Positions 52,605-64,000 of a stretch of DNA of 64,000 bases are shown one piece after another. Positions within the stretch are counted from its first letter, which is position 1. Each line of letters starts with the position of its first letter. This stretch comes from Octopus sinensis. Its lineage: Eukaryota. Under the pieces are notes generated by a model that saw nothing but the letters and a program-made list of their open reading frames with translations, was not told the origin of the DNA and made no database searches. A program made the position numbers and the translations under genes. The stretch is taken from the NCBI RefSeq assembly GCF_006345805.1, contig NC_042999.1, positions 102,424,001-102,488,000 of the forward strand. Reading direction: 5' to 3'.

Positions 52605-53635
52605 TCTTTATATATATAAAACTGAGAATGTGTGTCTGTCTGTCTGTGTGTTTCCCTAAAACTTGAGAACTACACAACCAATTTCATTCAAATTTTACAC
52701 ATGCCTTACTTAGGGTCCATATAGTTTCATGGGCAAAAAAAAATGTTCAACTTCTTGCCTAGAGCAAACCCATAGCAATATCATATCTTCTCCACTATTT
52801 CAGTATTATGTGTTAAAAGTGAAACAAAAACGTTTCTCTATTTTATGTCAGATACTTTCACTTTAACAATAAAAATAATAATAACAATTGAATTATATGT
52901 AGTAAGTAATAATTAAAATCAAACTAAAGTATAATATAATCGTAACATAACAAAAGTAAAAATAGCAATTGGTATAAAATTGCATCAATGACTTGAACTT
53001 GAATAAGTGGTTTCACATGAATGGGAATAAATTAAAAATAAAATTAGCATGCAGAAATAGAATAGTCCAGATGGATAATAAAAAATCAAATTAAAGAAAA
53101 GACTATTGTCTATAAAGTATACAATGTAGAGAAAAAAGAAGATTTGAACGCATGGAGGAAAGCACCTTTGAAAAGTATCTTGGTGTGACTATGAAAGGTA
53201 TCTAATCAGAGGCGGTAAGTTCGCCACAATAGAAGCAAGGTTCGAGTCAACGGAGCGTGCAAGGGAGTACTTGACTCAAACTTGCAAAGTGGAAATATTT
53301 TATTTTTACCTTTATATCTGGGACATAGGATGTCCCGGAAAAAAATTTTAAATGCCCCCCACCCCCCACCCCAGAAGTAGAGGTAGGCTGGATTGTACCA
53401 ACACTTCTATACAAGAGGGAGGACAAGATACAATTGATTGAAATTACAAGAGACGGGCTAACAATTCCAGTCTGTTATATATTTTGAGTATTGTTATCAC
53501 TAGCGATATCAAGATATAACTTTGTATTTTGTATTTTATGTGTAGATGTATATATATAGATGTACATGTAATATGTATACATATATATACATGCACTAGC
53601 ACTATGACCCGGCCACGACGGGTCTTTAATGCTAG
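52605..53635 (+). mobile_element. Non-autonomous Helitron, copy 2
   Basis: Same termini as 47750-48780, offset 4855 bp. Confidence 0.85.
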
Positions 53636-53999
53636 TATACATATATGTATATATATATATATATCATCGTCGTCATCATCATCATCTTTTAATGTCCATT
53701 TTCCGTGCAGGCAAGGGATGGATGGTTTGACTAGAGCTGGCAAGCTGGAGAGTTGCACCAGGTTCCAGTTTGATTTAGCCTGGTTTCTACAGCTTGATGC
53801 CCTTCTAATGCCAACCACTTTACAGTGTGTACTGAGTGCTTTTATGTGGCACAGGCACAAGAGCTTTTTACATGGCACTAGCACAGGACTCTTGTAGGCC
53901 AGTCCTCTTCCCCAGGGGAGTGGCCTTAACACTTCTACTGTGGCGGACTTGTCTTCTTGTGTGCATTTATTTGTATTTACATATATGTATAGAAGGAGG

Positions 54000-54324
54000 A
54001 GGGCCCCTTTGGTCATAAATGATCATGGGATTGTATGTGAAAGTTCCTCTCCGAGGTACAAGTCCGGGAAAGGTTGTTTATGGAGAGCCAGCAGTTGCCC
54101 ATGCATAGCAGCCTCTCCTCTCCATGCTCCATACCACCAATGTCATTCAGGGGAAAGGCAAAGGCTGATACAGTTTGGCTCTTGTGTCATCGCAACTCAT
54201 TTCTACAGCTGAGTGAACTGGAGCAATGTGATATAAAGTGACTTGCTCAAGAACACAACAGAGAGCTCTGTTCAGGTATCAAACTCAATACCTCATGATT
54301 GTGAGTCCAATGCTCTAACCACTG
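54000..54324 (-). mobile_element. Family D SINE
   Basis: Homologous to 24610-24931. Confidence 0.8.
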
Positions 54325-54439
54325 ATGTATGTATGTATGTATGTATGTATGTATGTATGTATGTATGTATACATCTAACCAGAAGAGAGAAAGAAAAAAT
54401 ACTAATTTTATGTCTCAAGATATTCATAGTTATGTATGC

Positions 54440-54790
54440 ATAGGCACAGGTGTGGCTGTGTGGTAAAAAGCTTGCTTCCCAACCACATAGTTCTGGGTTC
54501 AGTCCCACTGTGTGGCACCTTTGGCAAGTGTCTTCTAGTATAGCCTCGGGCTGACCAAAGCCTTGTGAGTGGATTTGTTAAACTGAAAGAATCCTGTTGT
54601 GCATGTGTGTGTGTATATATATATATATGTATGTATTTATGTGTGTCTTTGTCCCCGTAACCTAGCAGTTCAGCAAAAGAGACTGGTAGAATAAATACTA
54701 GGCTTACAAAGATTAAGTCCTAGCGTCGATTTCTTTGACTAAAGGTAGTGCTCCAGTATGGCTGGTTTCAAATGACTGAAATGTGTAAAA
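54440..54790 (+). mobile_element. Family A SINE
   Basis: Homologous to 40329-40733. Confidence 0.85.
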
Positions 54791-56875
54791 AAGCATATAT
54801 ATGTGTAAGAGTAAATACCTTATCATCATCATTGTCATCACTTTCTTTTTACATCAATAGGTTTTCTTGCTCAGTCTAGTAATAGCATTTCTTGTATTTA
54901 TTACCTTTCTATTGCAAATTTTTCTGTTGTTGTTCACATGTTAGCATAAACTGGAATCACACCCCAAATCAATTATCTCCTTGGTTACTGCATAAGTTAG
55001 TAAGGTCAAGTTTATCTTGGTCAACTTTGATTCACCTGGTATTTCCTGGCCTCTTATCTTTTATATGGCATTTAATATTATCATTACTTTTTCTTTTGAT
55101 TATCAAGGTTTTATTGTCTAATCTCAGAATGGCTGAATAATTAAGTAATTCACTTTGAAACCACAAGATCTTGGGTTCAATCTCAATGTGTGATATTTTG
55201 AGCATAAGCCATTTTCTCAAACTTGAGTCAATTAATACCTTGTGAGTGAAATTAGGAAGACACAAATTACATAGTAGACTTTCAGGTAGCTTGCACCTGA
55301 ATTTCAAAATATACAACCTTGTCACATCTGTGGCATACTGATTTGTTTGGAGAACTATGTTTACCTTTTTATTGGAGGAAGCAGATATATCTGCTCAAAA
55401 TTTCATTACCCTTAGCTGTGGAAAGCAGTTTTATATTCCAATATACTTTTTGTTGCAGAATGTCATATTTGAAATTGTTTTCTGTTGAAATATGTCCAAC
55501 CCTTTCATTACCATATTTTTCTACTTTCGTACACTACTTTAGTTTCAATAAATTTTGAAAATAATGAAGAATTATAGGTGCAGGCATTGCTGTACGGTTT
55601 CCTAACCACATACTTCCAGGTTCAGTTCCACTACATGACACTTTGGACAAGTGTCTTCTGTTATAGCCTCAGGCTAACCAAAGCTTTGTGTATAAAGCAA
55701 TAACAGCAGCAGCAATGAAATGGCGTGTGCACACACACACACACACACACACAGAAATATGTTGCAGCAATAGACACCACCTTTAAGGTCAGGCTAAATA
55801 ACCACAGGTCGTCCTCTTTTAGTATCCCTGTGTAGTGAAATGTTACAACATTAGCCAGCTATGTATGGCAATTAAAAGAAAAGGGAATGCCATACAAAAT
55901 TAACTAGAAGCTGTTAGAACAGCCTGAGCCATATTTCAACAGAAGCAGATGGTGCAAACTTTGCTTGGCCAAGAGGAAAATGACGCTAAAACATTCACAC
56001 AATATGGATACTTTCTTGAATTAAAAAAAGAAATTTTTAGCTGATGCCTTCACGAAAGAAAATTTATTTTCGAAATGTGGTCTTCTATGTTTTCAGACTA
56101 GAGAATAGAAAAAATATATCCTGACTAACCCATTTTAGCCACAGCTGGAATCGTTCAAGGGAAGGTAACTCTTCTTAACATCTCAGAAAGGTTTGTTTTT
56201 GTTTTGGATTTTTTCACCACTAAACTGGCCAAGACTGTATATTTACCTCCTTTAGTAAGGAAACTATGTACTTTTGGCCAGGAGGTCTGATAAGCTGCTT
56301 GTATTGCTAAGTGTAATAGTATATGGGAAACCAATGATATCTTTCTCATCAGTTATGTTCCATAACCAAGGATATACTACCTAAGTACATAACATTTATA
56401 TATATGTATAGTTTAGGACAATCGGTAAGTTGTCTTCATAGTACTTGGAGTTTCAAATGCTCTGGGAATCGAAACCGCGATCCTCCTACTGCGAGTTTGC
56501 TGCCCTAACCACTGGGCTATTGCGCCCTCACACAAAGCTGAGTACCCCTGTTTAAGTAATTATTACATCAAAGGATCTGCTACGTAGGAAACGTGTGTAA
56601 CCTGGATTTTACCTGTTCCACTCTCTCATTTTGGACTTTTATTTGCATTCATAGCAACTCTAGTTGCTTACTATGAGCTATACAAACATTTATTTCAGCT
56701 TATTGAACTTCAATATGAGAAAAGCCAATAACCTTTGATGCCAGTAAATTATTGTTCCTGAATGTTTCTTTTTTTACATACCACAGACTGCTTGAAGCCT
56801 ACAAACTTCCTACACTTAGATCATTTCATCTTACGATCACTCCCCACACACATACATGCATGCATGGAAAAAGGC

Positions 56876-56894
56876 CTATCTGTCTATCTATCTG

Positions 56895-56935
<41 letters not shown>

Positions 56936-57028
56936 ATCTATCTGCCTACCTACTTATCTGTCTGTCTAGCTGTCTGTATGCTGTCTATCTATCTGTCTGT
57001 CTGTCTTTCTATCTTTCTATATATATAT
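56876..57028. repeat. (TCTA)/(TCTG)n microsatellite
   Basis: Direct reading. Confidence 0.93.
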
Positions 57029-57706
57029 GATGGGGTATGCATCTGAGTACATGTGTGATTTCATACATTTCTAAGAGTTTTGCTATATCTCTATATCCAC
57101 CTCTTTTATTTATTCTACTATTTAGATTGTAATTTTTACTTTGTTCTACTTTTATCTATGATATTTTATGACTCTGTAAATACTATCTAATTCTGTTTCC
57201 AATACTGTGATAGATTAATGGTACGATCTTTTCAATATAAGTAGTTTTATAGCGCTTTTTATGTGACCCTTTAAACTGAAACGAGACTATGTATCTGCCA
57301 TTTATCATGATATCTCTCTTTCAAACTACTGGACAACTATAAATATATATCATTATACACAGCTTCTCACTTTCCATAATACTTGTAATGAAATGAGGTG
57401 CAATGGAAAATTACATAAAAGTAATTTTATGCACTCATTATTTAATTGTCATTGAAACACATGTAAAGATGTCATAAATAAATAATTTCATTTTGTATTA
57501 TTCTGTTTGTACTATTATAAGATAAACACTTGTGTGCTGAGGGTGTTGCTGTACTCCATCTCCGACTGAAGGACTTGATGTCTCATAAGTCAGTGAAGCA
57601 GCTCTGTAGCTGTTTTGGCCTCTTCCATAAAAAAACTCACCCACTGGTGTAGGTAACAGTTAGATATTGTGATTCTTGGCCAGATGTTTCTACCATCCTC
57701 ACTGTT

Positions 57707-57964
57707 CAGTTCTATATTTAAGAGATGAGGAATTATATACATTATTTACATTTGATGGATATTTGTCCTCATCTTGTTTGTTTCAGCTGATATACTCTCC
57801 AGCCTTCATCAGGGAAATGTCTTGGGGAAATTTCAAACCTGGGTTCTCATCCTTAAGGTATTTTTCGATGTTATTATTATTACTATTATTAAGGTCACTG
57901 CCAGGAATCGGACTCAGAATCTTGGGGTTAGTAGCTCGCGCTCTTAACCACTATGCCATATGCC
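57707..57964 (-). mobile_element. tRNA-headed SINE containing a hammerhead ribozyme core
   Basis: Minus strand: A box TGGCATAGTGG, B-box-like GTCCGATTCC, (TAA)n linker, then CTGATGA-A-GGCTG gagagtatat CAGCT-GAAAC (57780-57812). Confidence 0.7.
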
Positions 57965-58394
57965 TTTCTTGCTGCACCTCTTGTCTTTTCTCTTTTGAGT
58001 CAAATATAATGGCTAGCTTTCTCATTCATTCATTCATCCATCCATCCACACACACACACACACACACACACATACATACATACATACATACATACATACA
58101 TAGAAAATGGTGTGGATTCTCCAAATCCAATCTATTAGTGGTACAGTGAAGAATTATAAGACATTCCAAAAATTCTCCATCTGAGATTCTTATATGCATA
58201 GATGCATACACTTGGGTGTATACATCAACGCTTCAACCAACATGCTAACTCAATCACATATTTACAAACACCGAGAGCTCTCTGAACTCAAAAAGTCTTA
58301 TTGCTTTGTCAGCAACTGGCTTGAACTCTTTCAAGAACTTAAATTAAACTCAACAAGAAATCATACACATATACAGACATATGTACATATGTAC

Positions 58395-58650
58395 ATCATC
58401 ATCATCATCATCATCATCATTTAACGTCTGTTTTCCATGCTAGCATGGATTGGACAGTTTGACCGGGGTCTGGGAAGCCAGGAGGCTGCGCCAGGCTCCA
58501 ATCTGATCTGATAGTGTTTCTACAGCTGGATGCCCTTCCTAACGCCAACCACTCCATGAGTGTAGTGGGTGCTTTTTATGTGCCACCGGCACAGGAGCCA
58601 GAGGAGGCTGGCAAACAGCCACAATTGGTTGGTGCTTTTTATGTGTCACT
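58395..58650 (-). mobile_element. RTE 3' tail copy
   Basis: Reverse complement of the 38715-38914 type tail with (CAT)n. Confidence 0.88.
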
Positions 58651-59384
58651 GACAATCAGGCAGCGATATATATGTACATATATGTAGATACATACATATA
58701 TACATATAAACATATGTAGATACATATATGTGTGTGTGTATGTGTGTAATAGTTAATTTTCTATTTACTTATAAATTAACTAGTGAAAAAATATCAATAA
58801 AACTAAATAATAAAATATTGTGTGGATGTGTGATAAAACTATATGTACATGGTCACAGTCTAATCACTGAAGCAAGTAAATGAATAGAGGAATAGCAGAA
58901 TGCATGTGAATATATATGTTAAAACACATACTGTAATGATCAGAAACAGAATAACAGCTGGAACCAGAATGAATTAACAGCATTAGCAGATCAGTTGGAG
59001 CAATGGAATTAATTGGATTTAGAATCAACTCAGTTACAAAATATGCTTGAGTTTCATATTTTTCCATCATAAAATTATGTAAGCTTATAATGACATTTTA
59101 AATATTTCTTTGTTTGTTTGTAAGCTGTGCACATGCTCTCTCTCTCTCTCTCTCTGTCTTTGACTCTTTAACACACTCAGATATTTGCAGACATACACAT
59201 GTGCACACACACATACACACACACAGACATTACATGTGTCGATCACATGAAATGGAAGATATTTGAAGGTTAGAGACCTTCTTGTTACATAGACTATTAA
59301 TGTAGGTAGAGAAGAAATTATGCTAGACATTTGAAAAGTAAAAGAAAATAGATTAGAGCAAGATCCATTGATACACACTCTTCT

Positions 59385-59391
59385 CTACATG

Positions 59392-59423
<32 letters not shown>

Positions 59424-59680
59424 TGTATGTATGTATGTATGTATGCATGCATGCATGCATGCATGTATGTATGTATGTAAGTATGTATGTATTTATGTAT
59501 GTATGGATGCATGCATGCATGCATGCATGTATGTATGTCATTATTCAGTTTATTTCAAAATTTCTTGCCAGTAGAGAAAGAACCGGTTTCTAACCTTGAT
59601 CCAAGGTTGCTTCATTGGAATTCCAACTTCAACAACAGGCTATGTATGTATGTATGTATGTATGTATGTATGTATGTATG
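59385..59680. repeat. (TATG)n/(CATG)n tract containing the ~100-bp module (59537-59639, minus strand)
   Basis: Direct reading; the module is homologous to 6857-6954. Confidence 0.9.
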
Positions 59681-59889
59681 GTCGCTCTTCAGTGCTGCTG
59701 GTACCATGTAGTCCAGTACAACCTGTTCCATGGTCGGGTCATCAGTAACTAAACTAGCAACCCCACCAAACTTGCTTGGTGAGGTAGGTGCTTATTGAAC
59801 ACCCTGCGGACAAAAAATAAGACCTGTCAAAAGGCAGAGGAACTACAAAGTAGTCAACAGCCATTCAGCTACTGAGGTGTGTAGCCGAT

Positions 59890-60690
59890 TGTTTTGAATT
59901 GCTCTCGATAGAGTTTGTTTTTTTACAGTAGCAACCTTGAATGGTGGCAATCAGATAACTGACTGAAGGATAGAAAGCCTTTATTTTTAGAGCACAGTTA
60001 GTGCAGTAGTTTGGAGAAGCAGGTTACATGGAAGAGCTTAGGGTACATAACTTGCAATGTTTTTCCAGCAGTTACCATATACCTACCAGCATCAGACAAT
60101 AAGAGGAGAAAATTTTCTCTTGGAACTGTCACTTTCTGGCGAATCATTGATGATCTGAGCAGTGACTGTGGCAGTTAGAGCTGATTTAAGTGTCAAACAT
60201 TCTAGTAAGAGCATTGTCTGCTGATTTTTAGCTGAATCAGTAAGTACATTAACAATTTTTTTGTCATCAGTCTCACTTTCATCAACAATTAAAAATACAT
60301 TTTGATCATCCAGGCAGCTCCTGCAATTTTCAACCATGGTTGCACTAAGCATGTAGATTGAACTGGTAATGGCGTATTGACTGAATCAAAGAGACTTCTC
60401 ATTCTTGGATTAGTGTGCTTGTGCAAAACCTTAAGAAATGCTTTGGTCACCATTGCACCCCAAGATTTATTGCTTTCAATAAATTTAAACGATTTGATTG
60501 GTGGCTGTTCAATTTTTGTAGTCTTTTAAAGATAGTTTTAATGTTTTTGCTCATTGTATGTGACTCAACAAAATGCCTTTGACATCGTTTTTGACATCAA
60601 TGAGGCACAGTCTGCAGTATAATTGATTATTGTGACTCAATACAAATTTTCAAGAGCTTTGTCTTCTGACTTGTTTTTGGTTTTGGCATC
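59890..60690 (-). mobile_element. Decayed hAT-superfamily (CGGBP1/DUF659-like) transposase fragment
   Basis: N-terminal LYCRLC zinc-finger remnant, VFLIVDES, and FLLLLSDAGRYM..AGK.L..MYP.LFHVTC...LLH; frameshifted. Confidence 0.75.
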
Positions 60691-61559
60691 TGAGTTAAGA
60701 ACAAGAAAATCATAATAATCAAAATTAAAATTACTTGGAACAGGAAAAAGAAGTGCAATAAGAGAACTCTACACTTAACTTCAAAAAGACCTAGCAATGC
60801 AACAGTTAAAGAAAATGATTCAATTCAATTAACCTTAGATAAAAATTTGCATAATTGTTAATAACAAAATTAAATGATACATAAAAAATATACATCGAAA
60901 TATTATTGAGAAACAACTAGTATACTGTATATTTAATGAAAAGAATAACAAGGAAAAGAACTTACTTTCGATGGTAAATTTAAAATTCCAAAATAACAGG
61001 CACAAAGAATTAAAACTTAAATTCACTTACAACTGGATGGTGATAAATAATTCTATTCTTAAAAAGGCCTGTCTCATGAATCGGAAAAAAAAGATGCAGA
61101 TAATCAATATTCTTTTCTACTCTAGGCACAAGGCCTGAAATTTGGAGGGCGGGGGATAGTCGATTAGACCAACCCCTCTCTTATATAATTCTAGTTGCAT
61201 ATTTTTTTTGTTAATCTCAGAATGTGACACCGAGCTTTACATCACAAACCAACCTGCCAGTTCTAACTCACATATAAAATCCGCAGAAGAAATCCACTAC
61301 CTTGAAATACATACAATCAGAAATATCACCAAACCCTCACACGTAAACCACTTTCCCACACTCTTCAAGATTTCTGAATAAAATAAATACAACCTCCATT
61401 TTAAAAGGATCTCACAGACGAGTGTGATTGATATTACAAGTAACTGTGAACCATCGACCTTTTCAATATCTTTTTTTTTTTTTTTACTGAGGTTACATAC
61501 CGTGAATATTATACTTTTAAATAGCACTTTCACGTCATGCATTCTGATTTAACAGGAAG

Positions 61560-63610
61560 GAAAAAAAGCTAGGAAAATGAAAGTATAAAAACAGAAAAAA
61601 ATTACAGGTAGAATTTTCTCTTAAAATTATAGCCATACTCTCCAGAGCACATTGCCAAAAGCTGTTTCTCCCCAAGACTGAGAACTTTATTAAGAGACTC
61701 AGTTGAAAGCCTGTTATTTTGGAAATAGTGACAGGAAAATTATATCGAAATTCAAAGATAAATTCAGATCAACAAAATATTCTCTCTTTAACATACTTTT
61801 CGCTAAATTCAACAAATTATCTTCCAAGCATTTAGAAACATACCTACACAAACAATTTCCAGATGAGAGAAAAAAAAAAAAAACTTCAATTAAGAACAGA
61901 CCATCATCACATTCTAGAATCAAGGAAAAAAAGTATTGTACAAAACAAATCTGGTAATTTGTCACAAATCACCGACTCTATTTCCAACTCATAAACGGAA
62001 ACTCGTCGCAAAACTCTTATTGGTATTAACACGAAGTCGTAGAAATAATCACAAAGCTCTCTATGGATGGTAGAGTAGGAATTCGTGTACAAAAGAACCC
62101 AATCATTACATTTAAAGGCCGCAAACCTAACATCCATACTAACTGATTAACATTACTAATCGATCCGACTAATTTCTCCAACTAGATAAAGAAAGAAAAC
62201 CTTAGACTGTATATCTAATAGGAAAAAAATCACACCTCATAGTTTATATACAAAAAACACCCTCCCCCAAAAAACCAAATGTGGTATTAAAATTGTTCAA
62301 GATCATACAAAAGAAAGACAACTATACATTCACATTGCAAGTCTAGCAACTACTACACTTCTATTATCAAGAACCTTTTAGAAACGCTTTCCTACACTAA
62401 CCAATTCTCTCTCATCTGCAATAAAACTGAAAACAACATCCTACACTCAATGGAAATATTACTCTTATTCAACAGCAACAATTTCAATAAAAAATAACTC
62501 TAACGAACTCTTTAACATCAGCAGGAGAACGTTCGATTCCACTATAGTAAGGGATCTGGTCGGCTTAATTCTTTCCTACAAAATACACTCTAAATGAACC
62601 CCAATCAACGGAGGCCTCTGCAGTAATGATGGCCTTTTGATCCTAAATACTAAAGAATTGCACAGGTTAAAGAAAGATATTTCCTTCCAAACATTTCTGC
62701 TGTATCGTTATAGCAAACATTAATATTAAAACAATAGAGTCTCAGGAACGTCGATCTCAACACAAGCAACACATCATACTATACACACGTACTTAACTGA
62801 ATCACTCACCCTTAATAATTACAAACCTTCCTCCAAATATTTCACTTAGACTCTCTGAACTCTCGTTCAGCGAAGCATCCTTCAACAACAACGCTCACTT
62901 ATCACAGCGCTCTAAAATTAAGTGGCTTAAAAGAGAAGATAACAAATACCTCCAATTGCGACTAGATAAAAACTAAAATTGAGAAAGAAAATTCATTTAG
63001 TACCATCCTCCTGTTAACCTCCAAGTAATCATGTCCATCACCAGGTTCTTCCTTAAATTTGCCTGCAAACGCTGACAGCCCCCACAAAGGATCACTAGTG
63101 CTTCAACACAAGCATGCTAAAAGTCTCTCGTTTCCTCGACTCAGATCGCACCCAAGCCCTCTCAAACAACAATCATAGAAACTTAATACGCATCAAACTT
63201 GATCATAAGACCTTGCAACTGCGAAATTTATACAACTGTCCCCTTAGTAATAAATGCGAAAGCAAAGACAATCAATTCAACAAATATAACTGCATATTCT
63301 TCATAGCAAAAATACCACATTGGTCTTACTCCAAGCGAGTTCAAACTTCGTTATCTAGCAACTATATTCATTCAGGTATATCGAAAAACTATCGCTCATC
63401 AAGCTAACTAAATATGGAACCTCGGTTAACTGGAGTACGCTGGATAGTGCAATGGTATACAATTCAGCATCAAAATCCCGATCCTTATGTATTTCCGAAA
63501 AGAGAAATCCTCTTTAGCTTTCACAACATAAACAATCTCAAAACCAGACTAATTTCTTTATACAGCTAAAGAATCTCTTCTCCTTTTCGTTAAAAACTTC
63601 AAACATCCCA

Positions 63611-63620
<10 letters not shown>
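61560..63620 (+). mobile_element. Heavily decayed Penelope-like element (RT + Cys-rich linker + GIY-YIG region)
   Basis: Broken-frame remnants ITFK..KPN, LIDPT, LFNIS..TFDST.V.DLVGL, GGLCSNDGL (YRDDG motif), RLSELS...F, LKVS..., NCPLSNKC, TSLS.NYI. Confidence 0.7.

Positions 63621-63684
<64 letters not shown>
63614..63684. repeat. (TA)n microsatellite (mariner insertion site)
   Basis: Direct reading. Confidence 0.95.
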
Positions 63685-63685
<1 letters not shown>

Positions 63686-64000
63686 GAGGGGCGTTCAATA
63701 AGTAATGCCCCTGACCCACTTCCCATAGCAGTAGAGCAACGACACTTGGCACAGTTATTAGTCTTTTCCTACATAGGAACCACCCAGAGTTATGCATTTC
63801 TCCCATCGTTTGATACAGCTCTGGAGACCGTTTTTGTAGAAGACCCCAGCTTGGTCCTCCAACCACGACGTGACTTCAGAAATCAAGGCTGCATCATTTG
63901 GGAAACGCTTTCCTTTCAAAATCAACTTCATGGCTGGGAAGAGGTGAAAATCAGAGGGTGCAAGGGGAGGAGCTCATAGCTGCACGCCTGTGCTTCTGAT
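63685..64000 (-). mobile_element. Second mariner copy (3' end, runs off the window)
   Basis: TIR cgaggggcgttcaataagtaatgcccctgacccactt; collinear with 7177-7513; ~20-bp deletion near 63966 removes PPYSPDL. Confidence 0.95.

Noticed and set aside
56463-56527. tRNA-like sequence (also at other SINE heads)
   Set aside because: No complete cloverleaf or acceptor stem; these are SINE heads.
59680-59885. Possible RTE 5' UTR with an HDV-like ribozyme
   Set aside because: I could not build the P1/P1.1/P2/P3/P4 topology by eye; it needs a descriptor search.

Overview
AT-rich, repeat-saturated eukaryotic non-coding DNA (intergenic or deep intronic). The SINE and RTE-LINE families look like those of cephalopods (probably Octopus), which is an inference from repeat content. 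No host protein-coding gene can be supported, and nearly all short ORFs are microsatellite or SINE artefacts. The main contents are: (1) a near-identical 4.86-kb tandem duplication (43978-53635) whose unit is a frameshifted near-full-length RTE LINE plus a non-autonomous Helitron, with the LINE encoding an APE endonuclease and an RT that carries an inserted C4HC3 PHD finger; (2) two more RTE fragments and many RTE 3'-tail copies; (3) a full-length DD34D mariner with one nonsense codon, plus a second partial copy; (4) decayed DD37D (maT-like), Chapaev3-like, hAT, Dong/R4 and Penelope-like elements; (5) HINE-like and TTAA MITE elements, several tRNA-derived SINE families, and dense microsatellites. 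The most interesting signals are RNA-structural: several hammerhead-ribozyme motifs (one near-complete at 167-230, one inside a tRNA-headed SINE at 57707-57964) and a repeated H-type pseudoknot module in the RTE 3' UTR. Also notable are the PHD finger inside the RT and the palindromic Helitron 3' end. Everything was read by eye, and repeat boundaries are approximate unless TSDs or TIRs are quoted.
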